Positions 1 to 10,381 of a stretch of 64,000 nt of DNA are shown piece after piece. The DNA is from an uncultured Acidobacteriota bacterium (GTDB lineage Bacteria; Acidobacteriota; Terriglobia; Terriglobales; Acidobacteriaceae). The notes beneath the pieces are model-generated. The model had not been told where the DNA came from, did not search any database, and saw only the letters and a program-made list of their open reading frames with translations. The translations under genes and the position numbers were made by a program. How positions within the stretch are numbered: the stretch's first letter is position 1; every line of letters starts with the position of its first letter. The stretch spans positions 489,728-553,727 of the forward strand of contig CAWKLW010000015.1 in the NCBI GenBank assembly GCA_963850585.1, read 5' to 3'.

Positions 1-369
1 GCCGGGCTGGGGGTGCTTCACTCTGCGGAAGTGGTCGGTGCCGCGATACAAGTCGGAGGAGTCCGCGTAGGCATAGGGGAATCCGGCCCGGTCATAGACC
101 GTGTGGACCAGGTGAGAGCAGTCGACGCCCGGAGCGCGCCGCAAGCGGCGGTCCAGGGCGGCGTCAATGACTGACGAGCCTTCGCGCGGGGTGAGCAATA
201 CGGAGTGTGCCGGCGCCTGGGTTCGAACGGCAACCGGAGCTGGCATATCTGTGTCCTGTGCCCATCCGGGGGTGTAGGCCATGGCGAATACCAGCAAGCC
301 CAGCAGCGCGGGTTTTCGATGAGAGTCGATAATCCTTCTATTGTCTCGGGATGGGGCAGGGGTGGGCAT
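1..369 (-). CDS. NlpC/P60 (C40) family peptidase, C-terminus runs off the window
   Basis: Not in the ORF track because there is no stop inside the window. The reverse frame starts at ATG 369-367, with an in-frame TAG just upstream at 384-382. It reads MPTPAPSRDNRRIIDSHRKPALLGLLVFAMAYTPGWAQ...APGVDCSHLVHTVYDRAGFPYAYADSSDLYRGTDHFRRVKHPQPG. That is a hydrophobic leader followed by the DCSxxV catalytic-Cys block typical of NlpC/P60 domains. Confidence 0.55.
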   Translation of the reverse strand, partial: MPTPAPSRDNRRIIDSHRKPALLGLLVFAMAYTPGWAQDTDMPAPVAVRTQAPAHSVLLTPREGSSVIDAALDRRLRRAPGVDCSHLVHTVYDRAGFPYAYADSSDLYRGTDHFRRVKHPQPG

Positions 370-485
370 ATTACGGCAGTGCTATGACGTCCGCTGAGGC
401 GGAAAAGTTGCCGTTTTGGCGGGAAATGGCATGCGGAGGGCTTGGTGGGCGCGTTTTCTGCGGAGAGAGTCGCTCAGCACGAACC

Positions 486-534
486 TAGCGGAGCTTCGCT
501 CTGCTGGACAACCGATGGCGGCTGTCCCTACATG
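486..534 (+). repeat. REP-like 49-nt intergenic element with two hairpins, copy A
   Basis: tagcggagcttcgctctgctggacaaccgatggcggctgtccctacatg. It matches 2907-2955 at 44/49 positions in the same orientation. It contains GCGGAGC/GCTCYGC and GGACA/TGTCC stems. Confidence 0.6.
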
Positions 535-595
535 TTGTAGGAACGCGCATATAATTCCCGGTCACCCCAAATCCGTGAAGGGATAGGAATCTTGT

Positions 596-1635
596 ATGAA
601 CGATTGGACTCGACGGGAGTTTCTTGAGAGCTCTGCGGCGGTTGTTGGTTCGGTCGCCGCGGCAGGGACGGTACCTGTGGGGAGCGCCGATACTTTGGGA
701 TCGTTTACTGAGCGGCAAATCATGAGACGGCGCGAGTTGTGGCGACTGCTAGGCGATTTGCCTTGGAAACATCGCCCCGGACCTCCGAAGCTGATACGAA
801 AGGAAGAACACGATGGTTACACGCTGGAGCGGCTGGTACTCGATCTCAATGGGGTTGAGCCGGTGCCTGCTTTATTGCTGATTCCGCACAAGCGACAGCC
901 GAAGGCTCCGGGCTGCTTTACATTCACTGGCATGGCGGGATGTATGACCTGGGCAAGGAGCAACTGCTGAAGGGAGTGGACGCGCAGCCCGCGTATGCGC
1001 CGGTGTGCGCCGAGAAAGGGCTGGTCACGCTGGCGATCGACAGCTGGTGCTTTGGCGAGCGCAAGCACGTGGCGAATGGGGGCGAAGGCGAGCAGGATGC
1101 GTTCAAGCTGATGTTGTGGCGAGGGCAGGTGCTGTACGGGATGATGATGTTCGACGAATTCCGTGCCATGGATTACCTGGCAAGCCGGCCGGAAGTGGAC
1201 AGCGCGCGGCTGGGGGCCCTGGGAATGTCCATGGGATCGACGAAGGCATGGTGGTTGGCTGCGCTCGATCCGCGGGTGAAGGTTTGCATGGACGTGTGCT
1301 GCCTGACGGACTATGAAGAACTGATCCGCACGCACGGGCTGAAGGAGCATGGAATTTACTACTACGTTCCTTCCTTGCTGAAACACTTTCAGACTGCGGA
1401 CATCAATGAGCTGATCGTGCCGCGTGCGCGCTTGAGTGTGAACGGGCGGCGGGATCCGTTGACGCCTCCGGCTGGGGTGGAAAAAGTTCGCGAGCATCTG
1501 CTGCCGCTGTATCGCAAGTACGGCCAGGAGTCGGATTGCCGCATTGAGCTATTTGATTGCGCGCATGTGGAGTTGCCGGAAATGCGGAAGCTGATTCTCG
1601 AGTGGATGGATCGGAAGTTGGTAGGAGGGTTGTAG
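596..1635 (+). pseudogene. Tat-exported alpha/beta hydrolase (dienelactone hydrolase / acetyl-xylan-esterase-like), one frameshift
   Basis: ORFs 596-970 and 940-1635 are halves of one protein. It has a twin-arginine leader (TRREFLESSAAVVGSVAAAG). The sequence ...HKRQPKAPG continues as LLYIHWHGGMYDLGKE in the next frame, with the switch inside ccgggctgc at about 905-915. The GMSMGS nucleophile elbow lies in the second half. Confidence 0.7.
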
Positions 1636-1847
1636 CTCGGGTCGGCTACCACCCTTGCCGATCCAAAAAGGATGGTTCAAATCCGCCTCACAGCGAAGAA
1701 AAATGTCTTCTCATGCCAGAAAAGCCTTGCATCTGGCGAGCACCGAACCTAGACTTTGGAACATTCCTACAAAACATCCGCGTTTTTCGGTCCCAGACTA
1801 GCCAGATTTGTCCACCAGTAGGCGCGGTTTAAAACTCAGGGGGAGAT

Positions 1848-2888
1848 ATGCGAACAGCGTTAGTTCGCCTGCTCGTTGTTGTGTCTTGCATGCTGATGTT
1901 CATGTATTGCAGCCGTGGCTGCGGCCGGACCGCAAACCAGCTGGAACGTTTTCACGCTTCCGAACCCGCAGATTACGCCGGCTTGGCGCACCTACGCGTC
2001 CAGCGCGTGCCAAGCCAGTCCTGAGGCTTGTGCGGGAGACAATCGCTTCTGGGAACAATGGGACTTCAAGAATTTCCAGAGTGCGATCGATTCAACCTTC
2101 GCCGCGGTACAGTCGATGGGCCGGTACCAGGGCATCATGATGATTCTTCCGCTCAGGGACGCGCCACTTACTTCAACAATATTCGCGGGATGTATAACTC
2201 GGCGAAGAATCATGGAGTTCAGCTTCAGCTCGTAGTCTTTCCCAAGTGGAAGTTCGGCGGCGAATATTGCTATCTGTACAACCGCAACTCGCCCACGGCC
2301 TGTCCAGTGGCGTCTGGAACGACACGGCAGTGGCTTACCAAAGGATACCTAAAACTCATGAATTTCGCCCAGACGCTGAGCGGGCCGTGCACCGCAGGTA
2401 CTTACAACCGACCGGTTGCGGTGTGGTATGGCTGGGGCGACGTTTCGCCAGGCTACGCGGCGCTGAAGAGCTTCTGGCAATCTCTTCCCCAGAAAGGTCT
2501 ATGCGAATGGCTGCAACCTGCAAGCGGCATACATCACGTGGTTGGATACTCCTTATTCCGGCACAGCAGAAGTGCAGCAGCTGCAGAAATACGTGGTGAA
2601 CCAGTTGAAGCGGCCGTACTGGGTCAACACCGAGCTGTATAGCGCGGCGCAAGATTCAAGCGAACTATTCGACCTATGCGCCGTATCAGACCATTATCAC
2701 GGGATATTGGGGTGCGAGCGACGTCGCGAGTTGGGCGAAGGGCATGTGCGCACGACTGGAACACGGCGGCGCAACCGGTTCGTCTCGCGAGCTGGACTTT
2801 TTACGATATGGATCTGACCAGCTCGGAATCGTATCGCGCTTATATTAACGGGGGGATGGCTGCGATGGGCTCGATCTGCACGTACTGA
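1848..2888 (+). pseudogene. secreted hypothetical protein, at least 4 frameshifts
   Basis: ATG at 1848 follows an aggggga RBS, and the leader is MRTALVRLLVVVSCMLMFMYC. A sensible protein sequence hops between ORFs 1915-2235, 2028-2642, 2542-2817 and 2676-2888 (...NRFWEQWDFKNFQSAIDSTFAAVQSMGRYQGIMMILPL / ATYFNNIRGMYNSAKNHGVQLQLVVFPKWKFGGEYCYLYN... / YANGCNLQAAYITWLDTPYSGTAEVQQLQKYVVNQLKRPYWVNTELY / WNTAAQPVRLASWTFYDMDL...). I do not recognise the family. Confidence 0.5.
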
Positions 2889-2906
2889 AGGCTCGATTCC
2901 AGAGAA

Positions 2907-2955
2907 TAGCGGAGCTTCGCTCCGCCGGACAGCCGATGCCGACTGTCCCTACATG
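2907..2955 (+). repeat. REP-like 49-nt intergenic element, copy B
   Basis: tagcggagcttcgctccgccggacagccgatgccgactgtccctacatg. Perfect GCGGAGC-ttc-GCTCCGC and GGACAG-n10-CTGTCC hairpins. Matches 486-534 at 44/49 positions. Confidence 0.6.
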
Positions 2956-2972
2956 GGCTGAAAATGAAAATG

Positions 2973-3009
2973 CCCACCCTTGTCTTCTAAATTGCTAGAC
3001 AAGGGTGGG
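2973..3009. terminator. bidirectional hairpin between convergent genes
   Basis: Perfect 13-bp stem, cccacccttgtct (2973-2985) / agacaagggtggg (2997-3009), with an 11-nt loop. It lies between the + stop at 2888 and the reconstructed - stop at 3029-3031. No clear U-tract. Confidence 0.5.
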
Positions 3010-3028
3010 TCACCGCTACGGAACTCAT

Positions 3029-4135
3029 CTACTCTGAATTGCCGCGCTGCTCAGACGGGGTTGCGGTCAACTTTCCGAAGAGACCGTCGTTTTCATCATT
3101 GGGCCCTGCGGTGAAGAAGAGCTCGGTGGCCAGTCCCGAGTGCCCTGCGTCTCCTCCGAAGCTGAGTGCCCACAATCCTTGAATCATGAGCGGGATTGCC
3201 TTGCGTATTCAGGAAGGCGCCTTCGTGACGGCCAGTGAAAGGATTAAAGGCCTGAATGGTGCCATCGCCGAAATTGCCGATGAGCAACCGGTGGCTGAAA
3301 GGTCCAAAGTCACTGGGAGCCATCGCAATGCCCCAAGGAGCATTGAAGTATGCTCCATGCCCAAGGCGCAGAAGCAGGTTGCCGAAGCGATCAAAAACAT
3401 CGACGTGTCCCAGCCCTGGTCCATGCGCTTCGTCTTTGGAACCGGGCGCGCGGTAGGCAAAGGTGACGACAATGTTGCCACCCACGTTCTGGATCCCGAA
3501 GGGAGCATAGTTATTCGGAAGTTGGGGATCCACAAAGCGGCGCTGTTGGCCCGGCGCGTGAAACTCGAGTCATACACCTCTACGCGCCCGCTTGCGAAAT
3601 TTGTGACGTAGAGCCGAGGACCTCCCCCGGTCATGGCCACGGCGCAACCTTTAAAGATCGCCCCTTGCTTGGAATGATCGACTTTGAGAACGGCGCTGCT
3701 GACACTCACCGCCGGGTTCCAGCCCGAGATGGTGCCATCCTCGGTAACGAATAGGAACACCGCCGGGGTGCCGGCGGCAACGTTAAACCCGCCAGTGAAG
3801 TTGAAAACGGTGCCGGTGGGAGCAGATGGGGGAGTGCCGTCCTTCGGGGGAGGGATGGACACGACGAGTGGACCAATCGCACCCGTACTGTCGTATAGCG
3901 TGGAAAGCCCGGTGCCATTGTCCGAGATCCAGAAGAACGATCCGGTTGCGCGGGAAAGTCCCCACGCATTTACCAGGTTGGGATCGATGACTGCTGTGGA
4001 CGAGACCGAGGCGTTGTCGGCCGTGAGGTCGGTGCGCTGGTAGCGTTGCGCGAAAGCGACTGTACCAGACAGCAGCAGGATGCTGAGGGTTACGATTGAA
4101 GTGTGTCTGCAGGAGCGGCTGAAAAACTTTGACAT
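3029..4135 (-). pseudogene. TIGR03118-like secreted beta-propeller protein, two frameshifts
   Basis: The 308-aa ORF starts with a signal peptide, then YQRTDLTADNASVSSTAVIDPNLVNAWGLSRATGSFFWISDNGTGLSTLYD, the N-terminal signature I associate with the TIGR03118 family. The sequence continues in ORF 3096-3533 (DPQLPNNYAPFGIQNVGGNIVVTFAY...IGNFGDGTIQAFNPFTG). A third frame follows (LMIQGLWALSFGGDAGHSGLATELFFTAGPNDENDGLFGKLTATP) and ends at TAG 3031-3029. Frame switches are at about 3535 and about 3190. Confidence 0.65.
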
Positions 4136-4327
4136 TGGAAATCCTCTCGCGCTAAATCAGCGAGCCACAAACGTAGCGCCGCTGGCGTTGAGGGATTGTC
4201 AGCGTTTTGTAAGAGTGTTGTCACGCGATGGTCAATTGCGGAAGAGCGCTCATGCGCGAGGGTTGGGTAGGCGAACGGAATTTCACCACAGGGGACACAG
4301 AGGAACACGGAGGCTGGATTTCCCATT

Positions 4328-4358
4328 CCCATGTCTCGCAACAGCAGCGAGACATGGG
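4328..4358 (-). terminator. hairpin downstream of the radical SAM gene
   Basis: Perfect 12-bp stem, cccatgtctcgc / gcgagacatggg, with a 7-nt loop aacagca. It lies 34 nt beyond the stop at 4392. Confidence 0.45.
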
Positions 4359-4391
4359 CACCCCGATGCTACGCTAGTCACGGGCGGCTCC

Positions 4392-6095
4392 TCAGGCATT
4401 CACCCAGTTCCTGCGCTCCAGGAGCGTGGGCGGCTCGTAGGTCTTTCCGCGCGCCAGACGTTTTCTTCCCGCCGCGTCGTCCACAACAAGACCGGACCAA
4501 GGACCGCGGGCATCATGCGCGAAACGAATCCAGACTCCTGCTTGAATTCCTGCCGCACGCTGCGAATCTGATCGCTCACTTTGCTGTTGACTTTCCTGAA
4601 TTGGCGCTCCATCGCCCAAAGCGCGAACTGTAGATGCCGCTCAAGCGGTGCATCTCCTGTGCGAAGCGTTCGCGCACCCGCGCATCGGGAAAGTCCTTAT
4701 AGCGCTTCCAGCCCGTCAAGCATGGTGCGGCACATGCGGTAGAGGCTGGGGCCGTTGCGCTCGAAGTCGCGCCGGAAAGCCCAGTCCAGAAAGCGCTTCG
4801 AGTCGTCGCGCGAAATGGCGGCGTGCTGGAAGTTGAACTTGAACTGCCCGTGAATGTCGGCGAGATCGACATCGCTCAGCATGCGTCCCTGCTCCGACAT
4901 CTGCTGGTAAAGCGGCGTGCCCGGCACCGGCGTGTACAGCATGAACTGGTGAAAGTCGGTGTCGTGCGCGACGGCGTGCTCGATCTCCGCCATGATGTTG
5001 TCCGGCGTGTGGTGTTCGAGCCCGATGATGGTGGAGCCCTGCACGCGATGCCGTGCTCGCGCAGTTCGCGCGTCAGTTGCCGGGTGTCGGCGCCCTGCAG
5101 CTTGCTGTAGGTGGCTCGCGGAGATTCCAGCCCCATCCAGATCCAGGAGACGCCGAGCTCCACCAGTTCCTGCATGGTGTATTTGCGGATCGCGTTGGCG
5201 GAGGAGAAGACGGACATCGCCCAGCTCTTGCCGTCCTTCTTTCATCCGCTCCAGCAGTTGCATGGCGCGCTCGCGATGCAGCAGGAAATTTTCGTCCATC
5301 ATGAAGAACGATTGCACTTTCAGTTCTTCTTCCATCTGGCACATCACGTCGAAGAGCTCGTCGCCGGTTTCGTAGAAGTTGACGAACTTTCCTTTGCCGC
5401 CGAAGAACGCCGAGGTGGTGCAGAAGTTGCAGCCCATGGGGCAGCCGACCGACGGAATGATGGTGGCGGCGGTCGCGCCTTTGCGCTCGGGCAGCGCGAA
5501 TGCCCATGATGCGCGTGCGCAAGCCGGAGACGATTGCGGGATGCCGGATCGGGCGCGTTCTCGTCCTCGCCCAGGTAGCGCCGCATCCAGCGAGATGCCT
5601 TCGCCGCGCACGATGTGGTCGGCGTCGATCATGTGTCTCGATGCCGGGAATCGCGGCGACGTGGCCGCCGACGACGATCGTCGAGTGCGGCGAGAGCTCG
5701 CGCACCATGCGGCACATCTCGCGCACCTTGCCGACGTTCACGATGATCGAGGAGATGCCGACGATGTCGTACTGATGCGCGTCAGTTCGCGCGCGAAGGC
5801 TTCGCGGGTGGGGAAGTCCAGCACCGTGCAGGGCGCGGAGATATTCTCCTGGATCATCATGATGCCCCAGGAGCGATGGAACATGCGCAGCGAGAAAGCT
5901 GCCCTGCGCGCGCGTCACCTGGTTGTGATAGAGCTCCATCGGATTGATGGAGCGGCTGCCGAATTCGTCGTCCTGCGCGTACGGCCCAAAGACGGAGGTC
6001 AGCAGGATGCGCGCGCGCTTGCCCTTGGGATGGGTTCAGGGAACTGGAGCTGTTTTCGTGAGGAGCAGGGATTTCCACTTCTTCTCATCATCCAT
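4392..6095 (-). pseudogene. B12-binding-domain radical SAM protein (class B), about 10-12 frame changes
   Basis: One continuous protein can be read only by hopping between ORFs 5073-5939, 4697-5632, 4876-5217, 4576-4872, 4400-4612 and 4392-4619. The pieces are: KGKRARILLTSVFGPYAQDDEFGSRSINPMELYHNQVTRAQGSF / HQYDIVGISSIIVNVGKVREMCRMVRELSPHSTIVVGGHVAAIPGIE (Rossmann-like B12-binding part) / MIDADHIVRGEGIS / ATAATIIPSVGCPMGCNFCTTSAFF (CxxxCxxC radical SAM motif) ...MDENFLLHRERAMQLLERMKEG / MSVFSSANAIRKYTMQELVELGVSWIWMGLESP... / VQGSTIIGLEHHTPDNIMAEIEHAVAHDTDFHQFMLYTPVPGTPLY... / WKRYKDFPDARVRERFAQEMHRL / ...KTYEPPTLLERRNWVNA. Confidence 0.75.
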
Positions 6096-6262
6096 TCTCC
6101 CCACATGCCGTTATGTCATCGTAGATGCTGGCGGGCGTTTGCAACCACGCTCCCGCAGAAAACACAAAAAGATTACAAAGCGAAAACGCTCAGAACTGAG
6201 CCGGAACTCGAAGGACCGGGTAACTTGAAGTATAGGGGTTTCTAGCCTAGAATCGCTCTCCT

Positions 6263-6609
6263 ATGGCATCCGAACCGTTGGAGATCGAGCGTTTGGACCG
6301 TGGAGTGCTGAGCTTCCGTGGTCCGCTCACGATGGAGAACGTCACGCCATTCATGAATGCCGTGAGACGCGAGAGCGCGCCCACGATGATTCTGGATCTC
6401 TCCGGGGTTCCTTATCTGGATTCTTCAGGTCTGGGATCGCTGGTGAGCGCTTGTACATCTGCGCGAAGGCGGGACGCCGCATTGCTCTCACGGGCGTCAA
6501 CAAACGAGTGCTGAAAGTATTTGAGATCACCAAGGTGGAGCAGATCTTCCTGATGTTTCCCACGCTCTCTGATGCGATCGAAGCGTTCACCAACGCGGGC
6601 AGCGCGTAA
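6263..6609 (+). pseudogene. STAS-domain anti-sigma-factor antagonist, one frameshift
   Basis: The N-terminal part reads MASEPLEIERLDRGVLSFRGPLTMENVTPFMNAV...ILDLSGVPYLDSSGLGSLVSA. From about 6455 the next frame gives YICAKAGRRIALTGVNKRVLKVFEITKVEQIFLMFPTLSDAIEAFTNAGSA and ends at TAA 6607-6609. The DSSGLG motif and the C-terminal helix are typical of SpoIIAA/RsbV-type STAS proteins. Confidence 0.7.
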
Positions 6610-6662
6610 GCGGCGCAGTGCTTGCGGACGCGCCTATGCATGCCGGCGGCAGGACTAAGCAA

Positions 6663-6863
6663 TTAGGCTACGCGGCCTGAGTTCGACTTCTTTCCAGGCG
6701 CGGCATTGACCGCATCGAACCGGATGCGGGTGACTCTTGCGGTGCCTTCCACAGGCTGCTGTGTGACCTTGCCGGCTTCGCCCGCCATCACCGAGCCTGC
6801 GGCCAGTGCGAAACGAAGCGCATCCGCCTGATCGTCGAAGTACAAAACCACCTGTCCCGACAT
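6663..6863 (-). CDS. small hypothetical protein (66 aa)
   Basis: The only ORF filling the 6610-7050 gap that has non-shadow composition (MSGQVVLYFDDQADALRFALAAGSVMAGEAGKVTQQPVEGTARVTRIRFDAV...). No recognisable family. Confidence 0.3.
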   Translation of the reverse strand: MSGQVVLYFDDQADALRFALAAGSVMAGEAGKVTQQPVEGTARVTRIRFDAVNAAPGKKSNSGRVA

Positions 6864-7051
6864 AAGTCACTTCTCCCCTGGGCGAAAGGCCCGAACCATG
6901 CGAGCGTGCACTGGAAGGTCTTTACCAGCAAAACTTTCGACGAACGTGGAGCGCGGTCGTGCTGTGTCCTGATTTTCCGCGAGACGCTGCCCGTCAAAGT
7001 GATTCTCTTGGTTCCTCGAAACTCGGTAGGACATTTTGCGGGGTTTCGGCT

Positions 7052-7487
7052 ATGATGCTGATCTTGCGGACCATCATGCGGAGCCTTTTTCTCGCTATTC
7101 TTACTCTGCTTGTGTTTGCCGGCTGGCTGGGGCCAGTCCGCCAAAAGTTAGCGACCGTGCTCGGCTCCTGGGAGGGGGAATCGAAGTGCACTGTTCCGAT
7201 TCTCCATGTCATGACGAACAAGTGCTATTTCAGGTTTCCACGGACAGGAAAGATCCGTAGCATCTGAATCTGGACGCGTACAAGATGGTGGATGGCGCTC
7301 CCGATTTTATAGGCACACTCGAGTGCCAGTATCACGCCAAGCAGGGCGCACTGAGTTGTACCGGCAACACGAGCAGGCAGGATGACTGGGAGTTTCACGT
7401 TTTGGCGAGTCCATGAGCGGCACGCTGAAAATCGAGGGCGAGAAATTGTATCGCCGCATTGCGCTCCATAAAGCGAAGGACAAGTAG
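7052..7487 (+). pseudogene. membrane-anchored hypothetical protein, at least 3 frameshifts
   Basis: The sequence MMLILRTIMRSLFLAILTLLVFAGWLGPVRQKLATVLGSWEGESKCTVP continues as DSPCHDEQVLFQVSTDRKDP, then HLNLDAYKMVDGAPDFIGTLECQYHAKQGALSCTGNTSRQDDWEFHV, then MSGTLKIEGEKLYRRIALHKAKDK*. These pieces fall in three different frames. Confidence 0.45.
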
Positions 7488-7496
7488 AGGGCCGCC

Positions 7497-8048
7497 GTGC
7501 CGGTGTTCATCTCCATGCTGCGTGGCGTCAATCTTGGTCCTCATAACCGGATCAAGATGGATGCGCTGCGGGCGATGTATCAAGCGATAGGGCTGGAAGA
7601 TCCGCGCACCTACGTCCAAAGCGGGAATGTCATCTTCCGGACGAAGGAAAAGAACGCCAGGAAGCTCGCAACCAAGATTCAGGATGCGATTGAGAAGAGC
7701 TTCAAATTCCGTCCTGCGGTAATTGTTCGCACCCTCGATGAACTCCGAAAGGCTATCGCTGCCACGCCGTTTGATGCCCGTCGCGGTCTGCATCCTGGTA
7801 AAATCCTGGTCACCTTTCTGGCGGACGTTCCGCCAACGGAAGCTGCCGCCAAGCTTGCGACTTTGAAATCGTTTCCCGAAGAGATACATCTCATAGGCCG
7901 CGAACTGTACATTTATTTTCCCGACGGTGCGGGCAAATCCAAACTGCCGTGGTCGCAAGTGGAGAAGTTACTGAAGGTCAACGGCACGGCCCGGAATTGG
8001 AACAGTGTAAGCGCGATGTTGAAGATCGCCGAGGAGATGGAGATCTGA
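7497..8048 (+). CDS. DUF1697 family protein
   Basis: Intact 183-aa ORF. The N-terminus (M)PVFISMLRGVNLGPHNRIKMDALRAMY and the C-terminal ...VNGTARNWNSV match the DUF1697 pattern (xxLLRGINVGGxNKxxMxxLR ... TxRNWxT). Confidence 0.7.
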   Translation: MPVFISMLRGVNLGPHNRIKMDALRAMYQAIGLEDPRTYVQSGNVIFRTKEKNARKLATKIQDAIEKSFKFRPAVIVRTLDELRKAIAATPFDARRGLHPGKILVTFLADVPPTEAAAKLATLKSFPEEIHLIGRELYIYFPDGAGKSKLPWSQVEKLLKVNGTARNWNSVSAMLKIAEEMEI

Positions 8049-8090
8049 ACCACCGCGGTACCGGTGCTGCGTGGATGATACGATTTCCCG

Positions 8091-9101
8091 GTGCGAACCC
8101 TTGCCCTCATCCTGTCTTCTTGCTTGATGCTACCTTTGGGCCAAAGATCTCCAGAGGATCCACTACAACACTTACCTTCGAACATCGAAGTTCTCACGCA
8201 TTTTGGAGAGCGCGCTGACATCTCTCCCGACAACCAGCGCGTGGCGTTCATGGCAAAGAGCTTCGGCGACGCCATGGTGATCGACCTCAAATCCCGCGTC
8301 ATTCAATGCCTCACCTGCAATGTACCCGCGGCGGCTTTCCTCCGGGTGATGCACCTGGTCACCGGAGACTACCTCCTCATCGGCCCTGACCACTTTGAAA
8401 ATACCCATATCAGCCGTACACGCGATAACGAGCTTTGGTACCTCAGCAAAGAACGTGGATCGAAACCTGTGAAACTCGATCAGAAAATGAGTGAAGGCGC
8501 GGCAGTTTCCAAGAAGACTCTGAAAATCGCGTTCTCGCAGACTGCCGAGCAGGCCCCGGACCTTGCGCCCGAAGCTTCTCGTCTGATCGTGGCTGACCTC
8601 GACCTCTCCGCCACGCCGAAGCTGATCAATAAGAAAACGGTTTATGAAAGCAAAGATCGAAGCTGCACTATCGAAGCCCAGGATTTTTACGACAACGATC
8701 GCAAGATGACTTTCACCTGCTACGAACCGGAAGGACACGCATCGGTGATGGGCATCGACTTGCAAACGGGTGAAGTCACGAACTTTTCGAAAGCTCCCGG
8801 GACCTACAACGAGGTCGAAGGAATCTTTCCCGACGGCGTCCACACCGCGGTTGAGGCGGATCGCCAGTGCGAACAACTCGGCGGGCAGCGAGGATCGGGG
8901 AATATTGATATCTGGAAGCTCAGGCTCGATGGAACCGGAAAAGATTTCACTCGGCTAACGCACTTCAACGACTACGAAGGAGGAAAGGCGTCGAATCCGG
9001 TGATTTCAACCGACGGCCGCTTCATGGCATTCCAAAGCGCGCGCACGACAGATCCTGCCGGCGTGGGATACGGAATTCTGCTTTATTGGTTCAAGCGTTA
9101 A
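8091..9101 (+). CDS. secreted TolB/PD40-like beta-propeller protein
   Basis: Intact 336-aa ORF with a signal peptide (MRTLALILSSCLMLPLG). It has recurring ISPDNQRVAF / VISTDGRFMAFQS PD40-type strands. Confidence 0.55.
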   Translation: MRTLALILSSCLMLPLGQRSPEDPLQHLPSNIEVLTHFGERADISPDNQRVAFMAKSFGDAMVIDLKSRVIQCLTCNVPAAAFLRVMHLVTGDYLLIGPDHFENTHISRTRDNELWYLSKERGSKPVKLDQKMSEGAAVSKKTLKIAFSQTAEQAPDLAPEASRLIVADLDLSATPKLINKKTVYESKDRSCTIEAQDFYDNDRKMTFTCYEPEGHASVMGIDLQTGEVTNFSKAPGTYNEVEGIFPDGVHTAVEADRQCEQLGGQRGSGNIDIWKLRLDGTGKDFTRLTHFNDYEGGKASNPVISTDGRFMAFQSARTTDPAGVGYGILLYWFKR

Positions 9102-9300
9102 TTCCGTTATCCAGTTCACAGGATGACGCGTGGATCAGTCGCCAACCTGTTCGTGACAAGAAATTGACACAAAGTTGACCGCCACCTCAGAAACTAACCC
9201 GCCAGTGGCGAATCCAATCAGCCGAAGCTATCTCCAGGAATGAAACTCGATCAGGAATAGCGGCATCCTTGGGCACTAAATTCCGACCAGAAGGACTGGC

Positions 9301-10381
9301 ATGTCTGCAAAAAAGATTGCGCGCTCTGTTCTGTTTTTGATTGTGCCCATGCTTTTCGTGGGTTGTGGCGGTTATACCAATCCTGCTTCCATGCCGCCTG
9401 CGACTGCGCCGCAGTTAGCATTGGTGGCTAACTCGATTTCGAACAGCATTTCCATTTATGCGGTCGATCCTCAGAGCGGTCAACTGAAAGCTAAAGAAAC
9501 GGTGCCGACAGGCGGCATGAATTCCAGGGTTCTGGCGCTGGAGTCTTCCGGCCACTTTGCTTATGTCGGGAATGTCGCTTCCAATGACATCTCGGTATTC
9601 GCCATTGACGCGAGTACGAGCCATTTGTCGATGGTGGGTTCGCCTGTCCCCGCGGGCAGCGGCCCACGGATCATTGGTCGGGCCGACGGGGAATATTCTC
9701 TATGCGGTGAACCAGCAAGCCAACAACATCACTGGATTTACGATCAATCCGAGCACCGGCGCACTGACACCTCTCACCCGCAGCGTTCCGACGGACGAAG
9801 CCCCGGTCGAGCTACGTTTCCATCCCTCGGGCCAGTTGGCCTATCTTGCCAACTTCAATCGGCGAGTGACGGTTTATCGCATGGACGGCTCGGGAGCCTG
9901 GGACTGCTCGGCGCAAGTCCGGTTGGCTTGAGTCCGTCTGCGATCAGCATGCACCCGTCTGGAAAATTCGCTTACGTGGCTAGCCTGGCCTCAAATGAAA
10001 TCACGAGCTTCTCGGTGGATCAGGCCAGCGGAGCCTTGACGGCGCTGACGCCACGGGTGACCAGCGGCGAGGGCCCAACCTCCATCACCATAAACTCGCA
10101 GGGCCGATTCGCGTACGTGACCAATGCGATTGCGGGCAGTGTCTCCGTGTTCGCCATCGATGTGGCTACCGGTGCGCTGACGCCGCGCTCCACCGTATCC
10201 GCGGGCACCAATCCCGTCTCGTTAACGTTGGACGCGTTCGGGCCGGTTCGCCTACGTCGCTAACCTGGGCTCAGATAACGTTACGCACTTTGCAGTCGAT
10301 TCAAACACCGGAGCTTTGACCGCGGTCGGCCTGCCGGTCAGTGCCGGAACGGGCCCGGCATCGCTGACACTGGTGAAGTGA
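9301..10381 (+). pseudogene. lipoprotein, 7-bladed beta-propeller lactonase-like, at least 3 frameshifts
   Basis: Lipobox LFVGCGG. Repeated blades follow the pattern xFAYVxNxxSNxISxFxIDxxTGxL. The sequence hops between ORF 9301-10263, ORF 9557-9931 (NILYAVNQQANNITGFTINPSTGALTPL...) and a last frame (RFAYVANLGSDNVTHFAVDSNTGALTAVGLPVSAGTGPASLTLVK*) that ends at 10379-10381. Confidence 0.65.

Noticed and set aside
1621-1695. tRNA-like T-arm (ggttcaaatcc) just after the hydrolase stop
   Set aside because: The T-stem needs a mismatch. No acceptor-stem complementarity exists (5' ggagggt versus 3' tcacagc), and no anticodon arm can be drawn.
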